From sequence record MZ443780.1: a stretch of DNA of 64,000 nucleotides; one strand, 5' to 3'. Each line of letters starts with the position of its first letter. The first letter of the stretch is position 1. Positions 9,278 through 17,626 of this stretch are shown here, in pieces. A model generated the notes under the pieces. The model was not told the origin of the DNA and did not search any database. It worked only from the letters and a program-made list of their open reading frames with translations. The position numbers were made by a program, and so were the translations under genes.

Positions 9278-9538
9278 ATGGTATACGAACGCGAAGAACT
9301 TCAAGACATGCCGCTTGATGTGCTCTACCATCTGGCGTGCGCTAAAGGTCTGCTGGACGATCTTGACGATGACGACGATGTGCCTGATCGTGAAGTGCTG
9401 GTGGGCATGATTCTTGATGCGCAGAGCGAAGATGAACAGGCAGAACAAAACGCTGCCGACAAACAACGCGCCGAAGATGATCGCGATCCGCGTATCAATC
9501 GTCGTGATGGCCAAGACGGATCTGAGGACTACTGCTAA
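9278..9538 (+). CDS. Small acidic protein with a helix-linker-helix (HeH/Rho_N-like) module
   Basis: EELQDMPLDVLYHLACAKGLL...DREVLVGMILDAQ; GGAG SD. Confidence 0.7.
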   Translation: MVYEREELQDMPLDVLYHLACAKGLLDDLDDDDDVPDREVLVGMILDAQSEDEQAEQNAADKQRAEDDRDPRINRRDGQDGSEDYC

Positions 9539-9756
9539 TGTCACCTACTGAACTGAATGAATATGTTCACCTCGTACTGACGCCTGTTGCTATGGCGTGG
9601 CGCGAGCAATTCCCCAAAAAGAAACAAACGATTTGTACGATGAAGACGCCGTACTCTTGTCGTATCAAGTTCGTTGATGACCGTGAAGTTGAAAAAGCGT
9701 GGCAAGCATTCTGCCGCACACACGGTATCAAGAACGAAGAAACACTCGAAGTCTAA
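9538..9756 (+). CDS. Hypothetical protein
   Basis: TAATG translational coupling. Confidence 0.65.
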   Translation: MSPTELNEYVHLVLTPVAMAWREQFPKKKQTICTMKTPYSCRIKFVDDREVEKAWQAFCRTHGIKNEETLEV

Positions 9757-9760
9757 ATTC

Positions 9761-9789
9761 AAGGGCTGCCATTGCTGGTGGCCCTTTTT
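9761..9789 (+). terminator. Intrinsic terminator
   Basis: AAGGGCTGCCA-TTGC-TGGTGGCCCTT-TTT. Confidence 0.8.
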
Positions 9790-9793
9790 CATT

Positions 9794-9803
9794 TCTGTAA
9801 ATA
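9794..9803 (+). promoter_or_regulatory. Class II motif TCTGTAAATA (putative phage-sigma promoter)
   Basis: Intergenic, just after a terminator; exact TCTGTAAA recurs at 27700, 47744, 50855, 51696, 51721, 52371, 52428, 59404. Confidence 0.5.
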
Positions 9804-9835
9804 CTCCGCACACTAACCACAACGCGGAACTTATA

Positions 9836-10204
9836 ATGCGCCGATTTGTACTCATCTTCAACGTCAGTCAGGAAGAGCTAGATGGCCGTCGTTTCTTTCA
9901 GGCAAAGCTCAACATTGTCTCATCACTGCGCCGCGCTCGCTGTGTGTTTCTCGTCGTGCGCGAGACAAAGCAGGTACTCTGTGTCTCTGAGCTAACGTAT
10001 CAACCAAGCGTCGAACCCGGCATTCGTCAGGTAGACTTCGACGCCCCGCGTGATGTGACCGCATACGTTCTGCCATTCACCGAACTCACTACTGCTATGG
10101 TCAATAACTCGCAGGACCCAAGCATTCGCTACTTTGGCCGTCAGCTTGAAATGGATGCTGACCAGCTTAAACGTTTTCACACTCAACTGGAGATTGTCCC
10201 ATGA
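9836..10204 (+). CDS. Hypothetical protein
   Basis: ATG 9836, downstream of the terminator and class II motif. Confidence 0.65.
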   Translation: MRRFVLIFNVSQEELDGRRFFQAKLNIVSSLRRARCVFLVVRETKQVLCVSELTYQPSVEPGIRQVDFDAPRDVTAYVLPFTELTTAMVNNSQDPSIRYFGRQLEMDADQLKRFHTQLEIVP

Positions 10205-10443
10205 GTCAGTCATTAGGCGCTTCACTTGGTGCTCGCTTCGCTGTTAGCTCTCAGGAGAATATTGAGCGCCGTAAGAAGCGTGACCCGAAGAACAAGACGC
10301 TGACCTGTGCTGGCACTACAGCGCAGTACAATGCTGTCGGTATGCTCGCTAACAAACTCGACGTGTCACGCTCGCGTGTCATTGAATTGGCAATCGAAGA
10401 ACTGCTGGCGAAGCATGGTATTAAGGTTGAGAGTGATGAGTAA
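10201..10443 (+). CDS. Ribbon-helix-helix (CopG/MetJ-like) DNA-binding protein
   Basis: LTCAGTTAQYNAVGMLANKLDVSRSRVIELAIEELL fits the beta-alpha-alpha RHH pattern. Confidence 0.65.
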   Translation: MSQSLGASLGARFAVSSQENIERRKKRDPKNKTLTCAGTTAQYNAVGMLANKLDVSRSRVIELAIEELLAKHGIKVESDE

Positions 10444-10801
10444 CGATACGCATATCTTTTGCCGACTGTATGGCGTACAGCACCGACTGCGTATCATCGC
10501 ATATAACTTCCTCAAACCTCAGCACATGATAACAGTCGATCCCTCTGACGTGCTCAAGATGATGCCTCGCATTATGGTGGGAGCAGCATACGACACGTAC
10601 ACGCCGTACAAAGTGATCAAGGCGGGACGTGCTGACTTCAAAATCCGCCTGATAGAGCGCACTGATGCGAACGTGTGGCGCTACGTGTTCGAAGACTATC
10701 GAGGCAAGCTGTTTGAGACTTACTTAAATCGGAGAACGTATGATACAGCTGGGGACGATAACAGCGTTAAGTCTAAAAGACAAAGCGCCACGATCCACTG
10801 A
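10436..10801 (+). CDS. Hypothetical protein
   Basis: Start overlaps the end of the RHH gene. Confidence 0.6.
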   Translation: MSNDTHIFCRLYGVQHRLRIIAYNFLKPQHMITVDPSDVLKMMPRIMVGAAYDTYTPYKVIKAGRADFKIRLIERTDANVWRYVFEDYRGKLFETYLNRRTYDTAGDDNSVKSKRQSATIH

Positions 10802-11375
10802 CATTGATATCACGCCCGTATCGAAAGACGAAGACTGGGGCTCATTGAGTCCCTTTCATCTCGGGCCGTGTCGCACACCTGATGGTACGATGTTTCTCAA
10901 CATGGAGAACTTGTGGCAGTACAGCAAGGTCTATGAAGACCACATCGTCAACTCGAACGATATCTTTCACGGGGAGATAAGCAGGGAGTGGTACGAGTGG
11001 CATCTCAAAGGTGCTGGTTCAAAACAGGCGCATCGCTATCCTATGGGGAAAGGTCAAAAGGCTTTGTTCTCCAAATGGGGCGACTTGCGCCTTTCTTACG
11101 TTTCAGCACGAAAACAAATCTATGTGCCGGAATATGCCAAGCTGGTAATCAATCAGCCGAAGTTCAAACGTCTGCTCAAGGAATATAAGAAAGGTGCGAA
11201 GATCGTTGTACGCGATTATGACACCTACGATATTCTACGCGCCTACCAAGATGCTCGTAGTCCTTGGCTAGAAGCGATCAACAACCCGAACGCGAAGTTT
11301 GGTCACTCATTTGTGATTGCCCTAGCCCTGCTGTTTCACGACAGACCACTATGGTACAATCAATGGATAATCTAA
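10740..11375 (+). CDS. NADAR/YbiA-like protein (putative ADP-ribose hydrolase fold)
   Basis: LSPFHLGPCRTPDGTMFLNMENLWQYSKV resembles the NADAR LSNF..DG..E..YQ..K motif; C-terminal FGHSFVIA. Confidence 0.45.
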   Translation: MIQLGTITALSLKDKAPRSTDIDITPVSKDEDWGSLSPFHLGPCRTPDGTMFLNMENLWQYSKVYEDHIVNSNDIFHGEISREWYEWHLKGAGSKQAHRYPMGKGQKALFSKWGDLRLSYVSARKQIYVPEYAKLVINQPKFKRLLKEYKKGAKIVVRDYDTYDILRAYQDARSPWLEAINNPNAKFGHSFVIALALLFHDRPLWYNQWII

Positions 11376-11680
11376 AGTATCTGGCTTGCATTGAACTGAG
11401 CACAAGGGAAGGTAATCTGAATCTCCCTATCCTGCCTAAGTGTGATATGCAGGCGTTTCTGCTTGACAGCCGTACTAAAACGAAAGTGCCCATAAAGCTC
11501 AATGCCACAAACGTGGTGAAAGTCTGCGGCAAGACGTGTGGCAGCCTACAATGGTTCGACTGCGTTAATCTGCTTATCTGGTCGTCGTTCGAGCCAGAGC
11601 GTTTCACGCTGTATATTGAGCGGACACTCAAAGCAGACGAGACAGCAAGCGCCCTGCAATCTGCTGAACTCTGCAAATAA
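11363..11680 (+). CDS. Hypothetical protein
   Basis: Its stop codon lies inside the class I promoter box. Confidence 0.6.
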   Translation: MDNLKYLACIELSTREGNLNLPILPKCDMQAFLLDSRTKTKVPIKLNATNVVKVCGKTCGSLQWFDCVNLLIWSSFEPERFTLYIERTLKADETASALQSAELCK

Positions 11681-11725
11681 CTGGTCAAAATAGCCGTTCT
11701 ATTTAGTAGCTCGATATGATATACT
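11670..11725 (+). promoter_or_regulatory. Class I early promoter
   Basis: TCTGCAAATAACTGGTCAAAAT ... TG-A-TATACT; offset 38. Confidence 0.75.
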
Positions 11726-11773
11726 AAGAGCGAGCGCTATTGCTCAAAAACAACTAAAGCTGAGGAGCTTATC

Positions 11774-12214
11774 ATGACTACTACTTACAACATCGCTGAT
11801 CTGAAAACCCCTGAAATGTTCGCAGATGCCCGCCTGGGTCACTTGTCAGATTTTGCTGATAAACTTCGCGCTCTGCTGGGTCGTGAAGATATGTATCTGG
11901 AACTTGAAGCAGAAGAGGGCGCTGATATTTCCGATGTGTGCCCTGATGCAGATTCTGTTGTGGGTGACAATCTGATCAACCTGCACATTCATTATGCAGA
12001 TGACCCTGATCATGTAAGCGATAAGGGTGCATGGTACGCTTACTTAGCTTTCCCTCATGTTGAAAATCACTGGGGCGAGTGGACAAATAGTTTCATCCTG
12101 TTTGTCGAATCTAACGACGGGGATTTCCTTGAAGAGATCGCGTTCGAAAATGGCAACCCGAAAATGCTGTCTGATATTGTCGACCGCATTAACTACTGGT
12201 TCCCTGCCGAGTAA
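11774..12214 (+). CDS. Small acidic hypothetical protein
   Basis: AAGCTGAGGAGCTTATCATG leader. Confidence 0.8.
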   Translation: MTTTYNIADLKTPEMFADARLGHLSDFADKLRALLGREDMYLELEAEEGADISDVCPDADSVVGDNLINLHIHYADDPDHVSDKGAWYAYLAFPHVENHWGEWTNSFILFVESNDGDFLEEIAFENGNPKMLSDIVDRINYWFPAE

Positions 12215-12288
12215 GTGATTTGTGTTGAGCATTCGCTGAGTGCTCAATGAAAATCCAAACAACACCCTAAGCTGAGGAGCTTAACATG
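12215..12288 (+). repeat. Intergenic stem-loop module, copy 1
   Basis: ATTTGTG-TTGAGCA-TTCGCTGAG-TGCTCAA-TGAAAATCCAAAC ... CCTAAGCTGAGGAGCTTAACATG. Confidence 0.8.
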
Positions 12289-12603
12289 TCATCATCTACT
12301 ACTCTGACTTTCATCTTTCCAGAAATGACTACTCTGGAAGTTTCAATCGGTAACGGCGTTGTGCCCGCTTATCTGGGTCTCGCAGAAAACAGAGACATAA
12401 CATTCAGCGATGTTAAAGCGCTGCGTCTGATGGGCGATTCGAACATCGTGGGCGCAATGAACCGCTTCGATCAGTCGATGCTCAACATGCTGATCGCCCG
12501 TCATGAAACGCATGAGCACATTCGTTGCCGTGACGCCATTGAGCAGGGCACTGAGTATTTCCCGTCTACTTGTCTCTACCTGAAAGTAGCGCACCACCGC
12601 TAA
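12286..12603 (+). CDS. Hypothetical protein
   Basis: GAGGAG SD. Confidence 0.8.
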   Translation: MSSSTTLTFIFPEMTTLEVSIGNGVVPAYLGLAENRDITFSDVKALRLMGDSNIVGAMNRFDQSMLNMLIARHETHEHIRCRDAIEQGTEYFPSTCLYLKVAHHR

Positions 12604-12646
12604 GATTTGTGAAGGGCATTCGCTGAGTGTCCTTTGAAAATCAAAC
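12604..12646 (+). repeat. Intergenic stem-loop module, copy 2 (compensatory stem changes)
   Basis: ATTTGTG-AAGGGCA-TTCGCTGAG-TGTCCTT-TGAAAATCAAAC. Confidence 0.8.
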
Positions 12647-12666
12647 ACTGTTCTGAGGAGAACAAC

Positions 12667-13020
12667 ATGCACAACATCGAACTGCCTGTAGACGCTCGCC
12701 ACTTTGACGATCTGACCAACGCAGAGTTCCTGCAAGTGTGTCGCGCTCTGTCTACTGTCACTGGTCGTGAAGACCTTGAGTTTCGTTCGCATCTGATGAG
12801 TCGCTTCATCGACATTGCGTATCGCTCTGGCGGCACTAACACGTTCGGTATCAGTAAGTGCCGTGTGCTAATGCCGTCAGAAGTCCAACGTGAGGATATC
12901 GTTGAAGACTTCGAGATTCATCACGGCGATGCAGTCATCTCTATCGAACGCCAACGCGATACAGAGACAACGCTGCAACGTATCGCAGGTGCCATTGAAG
13001 CCTGTTTGCCGAGAGAGTGA
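12667..13020 (+). CDS. Hypothetical protein
   Basis: GAGGAG SD before ATG 12667. Confidence 0.75.
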   Translation: MHNIELPVDARHFDDLTNAEFLQVCRALSTVTGREDLEFRSHLMSRFIDIAYRSGGTNTFGISKCRVLMPSEVQREDIVEDFEIHHGDAVISIERQRDTETTLQRIAGAIEACLPRE

Positions 13021-13071
13021 TTGTTGCTCGCAGATTCTTACGAGAGTCTGCTGTCAACATAACCCAAACCA

Positions 13072-13094
13072 CCTAAGCTGAGGAGCTTAACATG
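13072..13094 (+). repeat. 23-bp exact repeat of the leader at 12266-12288
   Basis: CCTAAGCTGAGGAGCTTAACATG. Confidence 0.85.
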
Positions 13095-13502
13095 AAACAA
13101 TTCCCACGTCGCGGCGAAACGTATACGCTGAAACAAATCGAAACTGAACTGGACCTGCGTGACGCACCGTTCCTGCGTTTCATCCCGCAGAAAGTGCGTT
13201 ATGAGCATGAGAGTGCAGCGGGCATTCAGGTTATTCAGTCTGCGAATGTCGTTGACCTGCATCACCTTGACGGCTGGGCAGACACTGAGTGGGTATTCGT
13301 TCGTGAAACCGAAGAGTGGATTCCACTGTTCCGTGCGAAAGACGATGCCGCGATTGAAGCGCTCTGTGTTATCGAGCCGTCTACCGATTACAGTAGTCGT
13401 ATTGATGGCGGTATGCACATCTACCCGAAAGGTACTGAGCATCGTCAATACGAACCGTATGATGAGAAGCTGCATGGCGATCTGCTGGTGGCAGTAAAAT
13501 AA
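13092..13502 (+). CDS. Hypothetical protein
   Basis: GAGGAG SD. Confidence 0.8.
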   Translation: MKQFPRRGETYTLKQIETELDLRDAPFLRFIPQKVRYEHESAAGIQVIQSANVVDLHHLDGWADTEWVFVRETEEWIPLFRAKDDAAIEALCVIEPSTDYSSRIDGGMHIYPKGTEHRQYEPYDEKLHGDLLVAVK

Positions 13503-13508
13503 ATAACA

Positions 13509-13539
13509 GGGATGCTCGCATAGGCGGGTGTCCCATTTT
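13509..13539 (+). terminator. Intrinsic terminator
   Basis: GGGATGCTCGC-ATAG-GCGGGTGTCCC-ATTTT. Confidence 0.7.
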
Positions 13540-13584
13540 ACATTCGGGTCGTTAACCTGAATACTTAACTTGAAGGGAAATAAA

Positions 13585-14106
13585 ATGCTGGATAAAATCA
13601 CCCACATCGTTCACACAATGATGACCTCTCTTAAAGACATTCGCAACGTTCAGGAAGTTCGCTTCATCGGTAACGAAGCTGTGCGTTTCCGTTTGCATGA
13701 CAGAACGTTTGACGTGCGCGGCAACTACCCGTTGTTCTCTGTGCATGAGATCGAAGGTTCTTGCATGTGTGGTTCGAAAGCCGCCCGCGATGTTGAAGCG
13801 CAGATGAATAGCGGTGGCGTAGACGGCGAAGAAGATTTCGGGCATAACGCTAGCGACGAAGCGCTCAACGATCTGCTGTGTGCTCACGTTGAGTCTATGG
13901 CAGAAGAAGCTGTGCGTCGATACAACGAAGAATGTGGTGGCCCTGACTTAGACCCGATTAACAGTCAGCGCACTTGGTTGAAGACGCACTTCCTGCATAT
14001 CGGGCACAACACGCCTGACCTACTCGAAACAGTATTGATGATGGAAGGTAGAGAGCGCCGTGACGAACTGGCAAAAGCCGTTAAGGAGAAGATATGGTCA
14101 GATTGA
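13585..14106 (+). CDS. Hypothetical protein
   Basis: AAGGGA SD before ATG 13585. Confidence 0.7.
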   Translation: MLDKITHIVHTMMTSLKDIRNVQEVRFIGNEAVRFRLHDRTFDVRGNYPLFSVHEIEGSCMCGSKAARDVEAQMNSGGVDGEEDFGHNASDEALNDLLCAHVESMAEEAVRRYNEECGGPDLDPINSQRTWLKTHFLHIGHNTPDLLETVLMMEGRERRDELAKAVKEKIWSD

Positions 14107-14384
14107 TCATAGGCCTCATTCGTGACTGGCGTAAGCAGAAGCAACTCGAATTTAAGACTGAGGTGCTTGAGGCAATAATGATGTTAGACCTGCGTGACAA
14201 GCAACTGCTGTGTCGTGCATTCGGTCTGCCTGTTGATATGAATGGCATTCATGCTATCGCAAGCATGAACCGTAAAGAGTTAGCGAAACAGTGTGCGCAG
14301 TATTACGTGCGTTTCGCCGATAAGAAGTGGAAAGTGTTACCTGCTTTCCGCGATGTGCTGTACAACATCCGAAGAGGAAAATAA
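14094..14384 (+). CDS. Small basic protein with an HeH-like module
   Basis: LDLRDKQLLCRAFGL...ASMNRKELAKQC. Confidence 0.65.
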   Translation: MVRLIIGLIRDWRKQKQLEFKTEVLEAIMMLDLRDKQLLCRAFGLPVDMNGIHAIASMNRKELAKQCAQYYVRFADKKWKVLPAFRDVLYNIRRGK

Positions 14385-14387
14385 GTA

Positions 14388-14825
14388 ATGAGCGAAATAG
14401 ATATTCTGATCCGAGAGTTTGAGCGGGCGTATCTCAAGTCACTTGCGTCTGCCTGGGGAAACGTTGCCTATCATGCTGGCGACTACAACCCTGAGCTGAA
14501 AAACATTCGCATGTACTTGCGCTTTCGCACCCAGCAACAATGTTTGTGGAATCGTCCTGTTCTGGTACTCTCTACTATCGACGTCACTAATCCGGGTCAA
14601 GGTGAGTTCTCGAAGTTACTCGCACGTACCAAAGAGATGTGTCGTCAACGTGACTGGATTCTGCAAATCGAAAACGTACTGACGCCTAAGTTCAGGAAGT
14701 TTCTTCAACGTGGTGGATTCAAACCTTTCGGTATTGATGCAGAAGTGCCGTACGGAAGTTTGTATTGGTTCCACGACGAAACAATCCCGCAGCAATGTGC
14801 GATGTACCCGGAGATTAGACGATGA
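14388..14825 (+). CDS. GNAT-like acetyltransferase fold protein
   Basis: LVLSTIDVTNPGQGEFSKLL..(helix)..ILQIENVLTPKFRKFLQRGGF resembles GNAT motifs A and B. Confidence 0.45.
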   Translation: MSEIDILIREFERAYLKSLASAWGNVAYHAGDYNPELKNIRMYLRFRTQQQCLWNRPVLVLSTIDVTNPGQGEFSKLLARTKEMCRQRDWILQIENVLTPKFRKFLQRGGFKPFGIDAEVPYGSLYWFHDETIPQQCAMYPEIRR

Positions 14826-15268
14826 CTATCTGGTGGCCTACAATAATAATCTGCTTCGTGCTGCCCATGTCTGCTTGCTATGCGACTATCCCGTGGTTTC
14901 GTGCTGCTGTTAATCGCAGACTGACGTTCAAGCCGTTTGACTATGACGCGCTCACTCAAATCTTCGAGCGTGGTCTGCCTGAGCGTTTGACCATTGAGTG
15001 TCTGCAAGCAACGTACAAGGGCAACACACCCGAGCATTTGTTCGTGGATATTTATCCGCACAAAGAGAACGTTGCTGCTGTTCGCTTTCGTGTGGACGAA
15101 GACTTTCCCATAGCGCATATCTTTCACAATGCGCTGGTGGGTAACTATAGTGCGCTGTGCATTCGTAGCAAGAAGCCGCCTGTGTTGAGTATCAACCAGT
15201 CTGTGTATCGTGTGATCGAATACGAATATGATAGCCAGTACCTGTTGATCTACCTCAAACACGAGTAA
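14822..15268 (+). CDS. Membrane-anchored hypothetical protein
   Basis: Hydrophobic N-terminus; ATGA overlap. Confidence 0.65.
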   Translation: MTIWWPTIIICFVLPMSACYATIPWFRAAVNRRLTFKPFDYDALTQIFERGLPERLTIECLQATYKGNTPEHLFVDIYPHKENVAAVRFRVDEDFPIAHIFHNALVGNYSALCIRSKKPPVLSINQSVYRVIEYEYDSQYLLIYLKHE

Positions 15269-15274
15269 ACAATC

Positions 15275-15574
15275 ATGGTCACTCAACAACAACTCAAAGA
15301 GTTCTCGGCGTTACCTTCTTTACAGCGGAAAGTGTTTCTTCGAAGTCTTCAGGTAGAGATGTTGAGTGGCCTACCCGAAGTAGAACCGATAGTGCGTGAA
15401 ATGCTGTGTCGTGCTATCGTGGTTGATATTGCTCAGGCTGAACTGGCACTACTTGCCGCTCGTCAAATGTGCGAGAACAAGGACGTTAAGAAAGCCATTG
15501 ATGAATTGCTTCAATTTGCTGCGCGTCTGCATGACGCCGCATCTGATACTTTATTCTTAGGAGATACCGCATGA
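15275..15574 (+). CDS. Hypothetical protein
   Basis: Helical 99-aa ORF in the operon. Confidence 0.7.
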   Translation: MVTQQQLKEFSALPSLQRKVFLRSLQVEMLSGLPEVEPIVREMLCRAIVVDIAQAELALLAARQMCENKDVKKAIDELLQFAARLHDAASDTLFLGDTA

Positions 15575-16620
15575 ATACGATTTCTGGCGCAATGATTGAT
15601 GAAGATGTTCTGGAGTGGCTGGACGATTTTAACGGTCACAAGATTCGTGAGATGTGCGAAGCGATCAATCAGCTTGCGTATGCGCATCGTACCGAGCTGT
15701 CTATCCCGAACATGGGTAGTGATGAAGATCTGGCTGCGCTGTCTCATGCTGACCTGTTCACTATTCTGTCGCTCGCTTGCCCTGACGCGAAGTATGACCT
15801 GATGTTGTCTAACGTGCAACTGCTTGGTCTTGCGCTTGCTGCTAAAGGCGTTATCGACTATCACCTGCCTGAATTGAATAGCCCGATTCTGGCAAAGCGT
15901 GAGTTTGCAGACAAGCACCGTAAAAACATCATCGGTGGCACAAGCACTCGTGGTCAGATCGTGGCTGCCCTCAACGAATGGATCTGCGGTATGCGTGATC
16001 TTGAGATTGTACATGCGGGTACTGACTTACCACCTGATATTGCCGGTATGTATCTGTGCCTCGACGAGCACGAACAAGTTCGCTACGGTCGCTTGTTCCC
16101 TAACGGCAGTCAGGGTTGGACGTTCTGTGAATCGTATGCTGACGGCGGCTCTACTGGTTGGTATAGCGGTGATACGGATCACATGAGCGATGACGATCTG
16201 CCTATGTCACTACTGACCGGCTGGGTGCTCATCTCTGAGTGGCATAGCCCGTCGCGTGAAGTGAAAGACAACGTTGTACCCATTGGCCTGAGCGACACGC
16301 ATCGCATCTTTATGTTCCTGCGCAGTCTTAGCCCTCACGTAAAAGCAGAGCTGGTGGCACACTTCGAAGGTGTGCTTGACTATAAATCGCCGACCTCTGT
16401 TGACACTATCGGTCGTTTGACTGCGCACGATTGGCGTATGGCTGCTGTTGCTGTTGCTGATGACAGTGAGATACCTGATGGTGCGACAAGCTGGACTAAC
16501 GTACCTGCCTGGGCGTGTTTCGTCGCAGTCGCTAAAGCACTTGGCTTCAACTTCGAAACCCGCCAGTTCGACCCTCAGTTCGACTATCAGGCTAACGACG
16601 ATCATTTAGAAGGAGAGTAA
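15571..16620 (+). CDS. Multi-module hypothetical protein
   Basis: GGAG SD; ATGA overlap; 349 aa. Confidence 0.75.
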   Translation: MNTISGAMIDEDVLEWLDDFNGHKIREMCEAINQLAYAHRTELSIPNMGSDEDLAALSHADLFTILSLACPDAKYDLMLSNVQLLGLALAAKGVIDYHLPELNSPILAKREFADKHRKNIIGGTSTRGQIVAALNEWICGMRDLEIVHAGTDLPPDIAGMYLCLDEHEQVRYGRLFPNGSQGWTFCESYADGGSTGWYSGDTDHMSDDDLPMSLLTGWVLISEWHSPSREVKDNVVPIGLSDTHRIFMFLRSLSPHVKAELVAHFEGVLDYKSPTSVDTIGRLTAHDWRMAAVAVADDSEIPDGATSWTNVPAWACFVAVAKALGFNFETRQFDPQFDYQANDDHLEGE

Positions 16621-16621
16621 C

Positions 16622-17155
16622 ATGGCAAAGTCACTGGGTGTATACATGACGTATATTCTGCGTCATAAACCTCAGGACATTGGCATCGCAATGGACACCC
16701 AAGGATGGGTGTCTGTTCTGGATTTCTTGCAGAAAGCAAAGTACAAAAAGCAAGTGACCAGAGAGATGCTGATCGAAGAAGTAGAAGCGGACGATAAAGG
16801 TCGTTTTGAGTTTAACTCGAACAAGTCCAAGATTCGCTGTGTTCAAGGGCATTCTGTTGAGCACGTCATTCTCAATCTCGAACCTTGGACTGATTGTTCG
16901 CCTCTGTATCATGGCACCGCAGAGAAGAATGTCGCTGCTATCCAGCATGAAGGTATTCTCCGACGTAAACGCAAGCACGTCCATATCAGCAACGATATCG
17001 AAACAGCTCGACGTGTTGGACAACGCCACGGTGTACCTGTTGTGTTTCAAATCGACACACAGGCAATGATCACTCACGGTTATAAGTTCTACCGCGCAGA
17101 GAACGGAGTCATCCTCACCGATCACGTACCGTCGCGCTATATCAGATTGGTGTAA
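16622..17155 (+). CDS. kptA: RNA 2'-phosphotransferase (KptA/Tpt1)
   Basis: YILRHKP, GWV, DDKGRF, IRCVQGHS, LYHGT, EGI..RKRKHVHIS, GQRHG, NGVILTDHVP. Confidence 0.93.
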   Translation: MAKSLGVYMTYILRHKPQDIGIAMDTQGWVSVLDFLQKAKYKKQVTREMLIEEVEADDKGRFEFNSNKSKIRCVQGHSVEHVILNLEPWTDCSPLYHGTAEKNVAAIQHEGILRRKRKHVHISNDIETARRVGQRHGVPVVFQIDTQAMITHGYKFYRAENGVILTDHVPSRYIRLV

Positions 17156-17157
17156 GT

Positions 17158-17559
17158 ATGGATAAAACGTACATGCGACATTGGGGATCACGCTACGTGC
17201 GGTCCTCATCTGGCAAGTGGTATTCAGTTCATGGACGTGAAGGAACGTGGGTGACGAATCGCTACGGCACATCATTCTATCGTAGCGGTTCAGAAGTGTG
17301 GCGCGACATATCTGCCGCAGATCGTAATGCGTTGGAACGAGAGTTAGTTTCCCGTACACGCAAAGACTTCAAAGACACTAAGCTCAAGTATAGCCACTGG
17401 GGCAAGATTGTCCTGACTATTGCGAGACAGTCAGAAGAAGAAAACAACCCACACACGTCAGAGCTAGCTGAGATGCTTGAGTCGCTGAGACAGACTTTCT
17501 ACGGACAGAAGGTACAGCAACTAAGCACAATATTGGACGAAATAGGGCTTAAAGAGTAG
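17158..17559 (+). CDS. Hypothetical protein
   Basis: 133-aa ORF; its 3' end overlaps a class I promoter. Confidence 0.65.
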   Translation: MDKTYMRHWGSRYVRSSSGKWYSVHGREGTWVTNRYGTSFYRSGSEVWRDISAADRNALERELVSRTRKDFKDTKLKYSHWGKIVLTIARQSEEENNPHTSELAEMLESLRQTFYGQKVQQLSTILDEIGLKE

Positions 17560-17577
17560 GCTCGTTTGTGATATAAT
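17525..17577 (+). promoter_or_regulatory. Class I early promoter
   Basis: GCACAATATTGGACGAAAT ... TG-A-TATAAT; offset 38. Confidence 0.7.
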
Positions 17578-17626
17578 AGAGATGAACGCTAGACACTCGT
17601 TTAGCTACTTACATGAGGATATGTAT

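Noticed and set aside
12215-13094. Repeated intergenic units as a CRISPR array
   Set aside because: Only 2-3 imperfect copies, separated by whole genes of 300-450 bp; no constant spacer length and no cas genes
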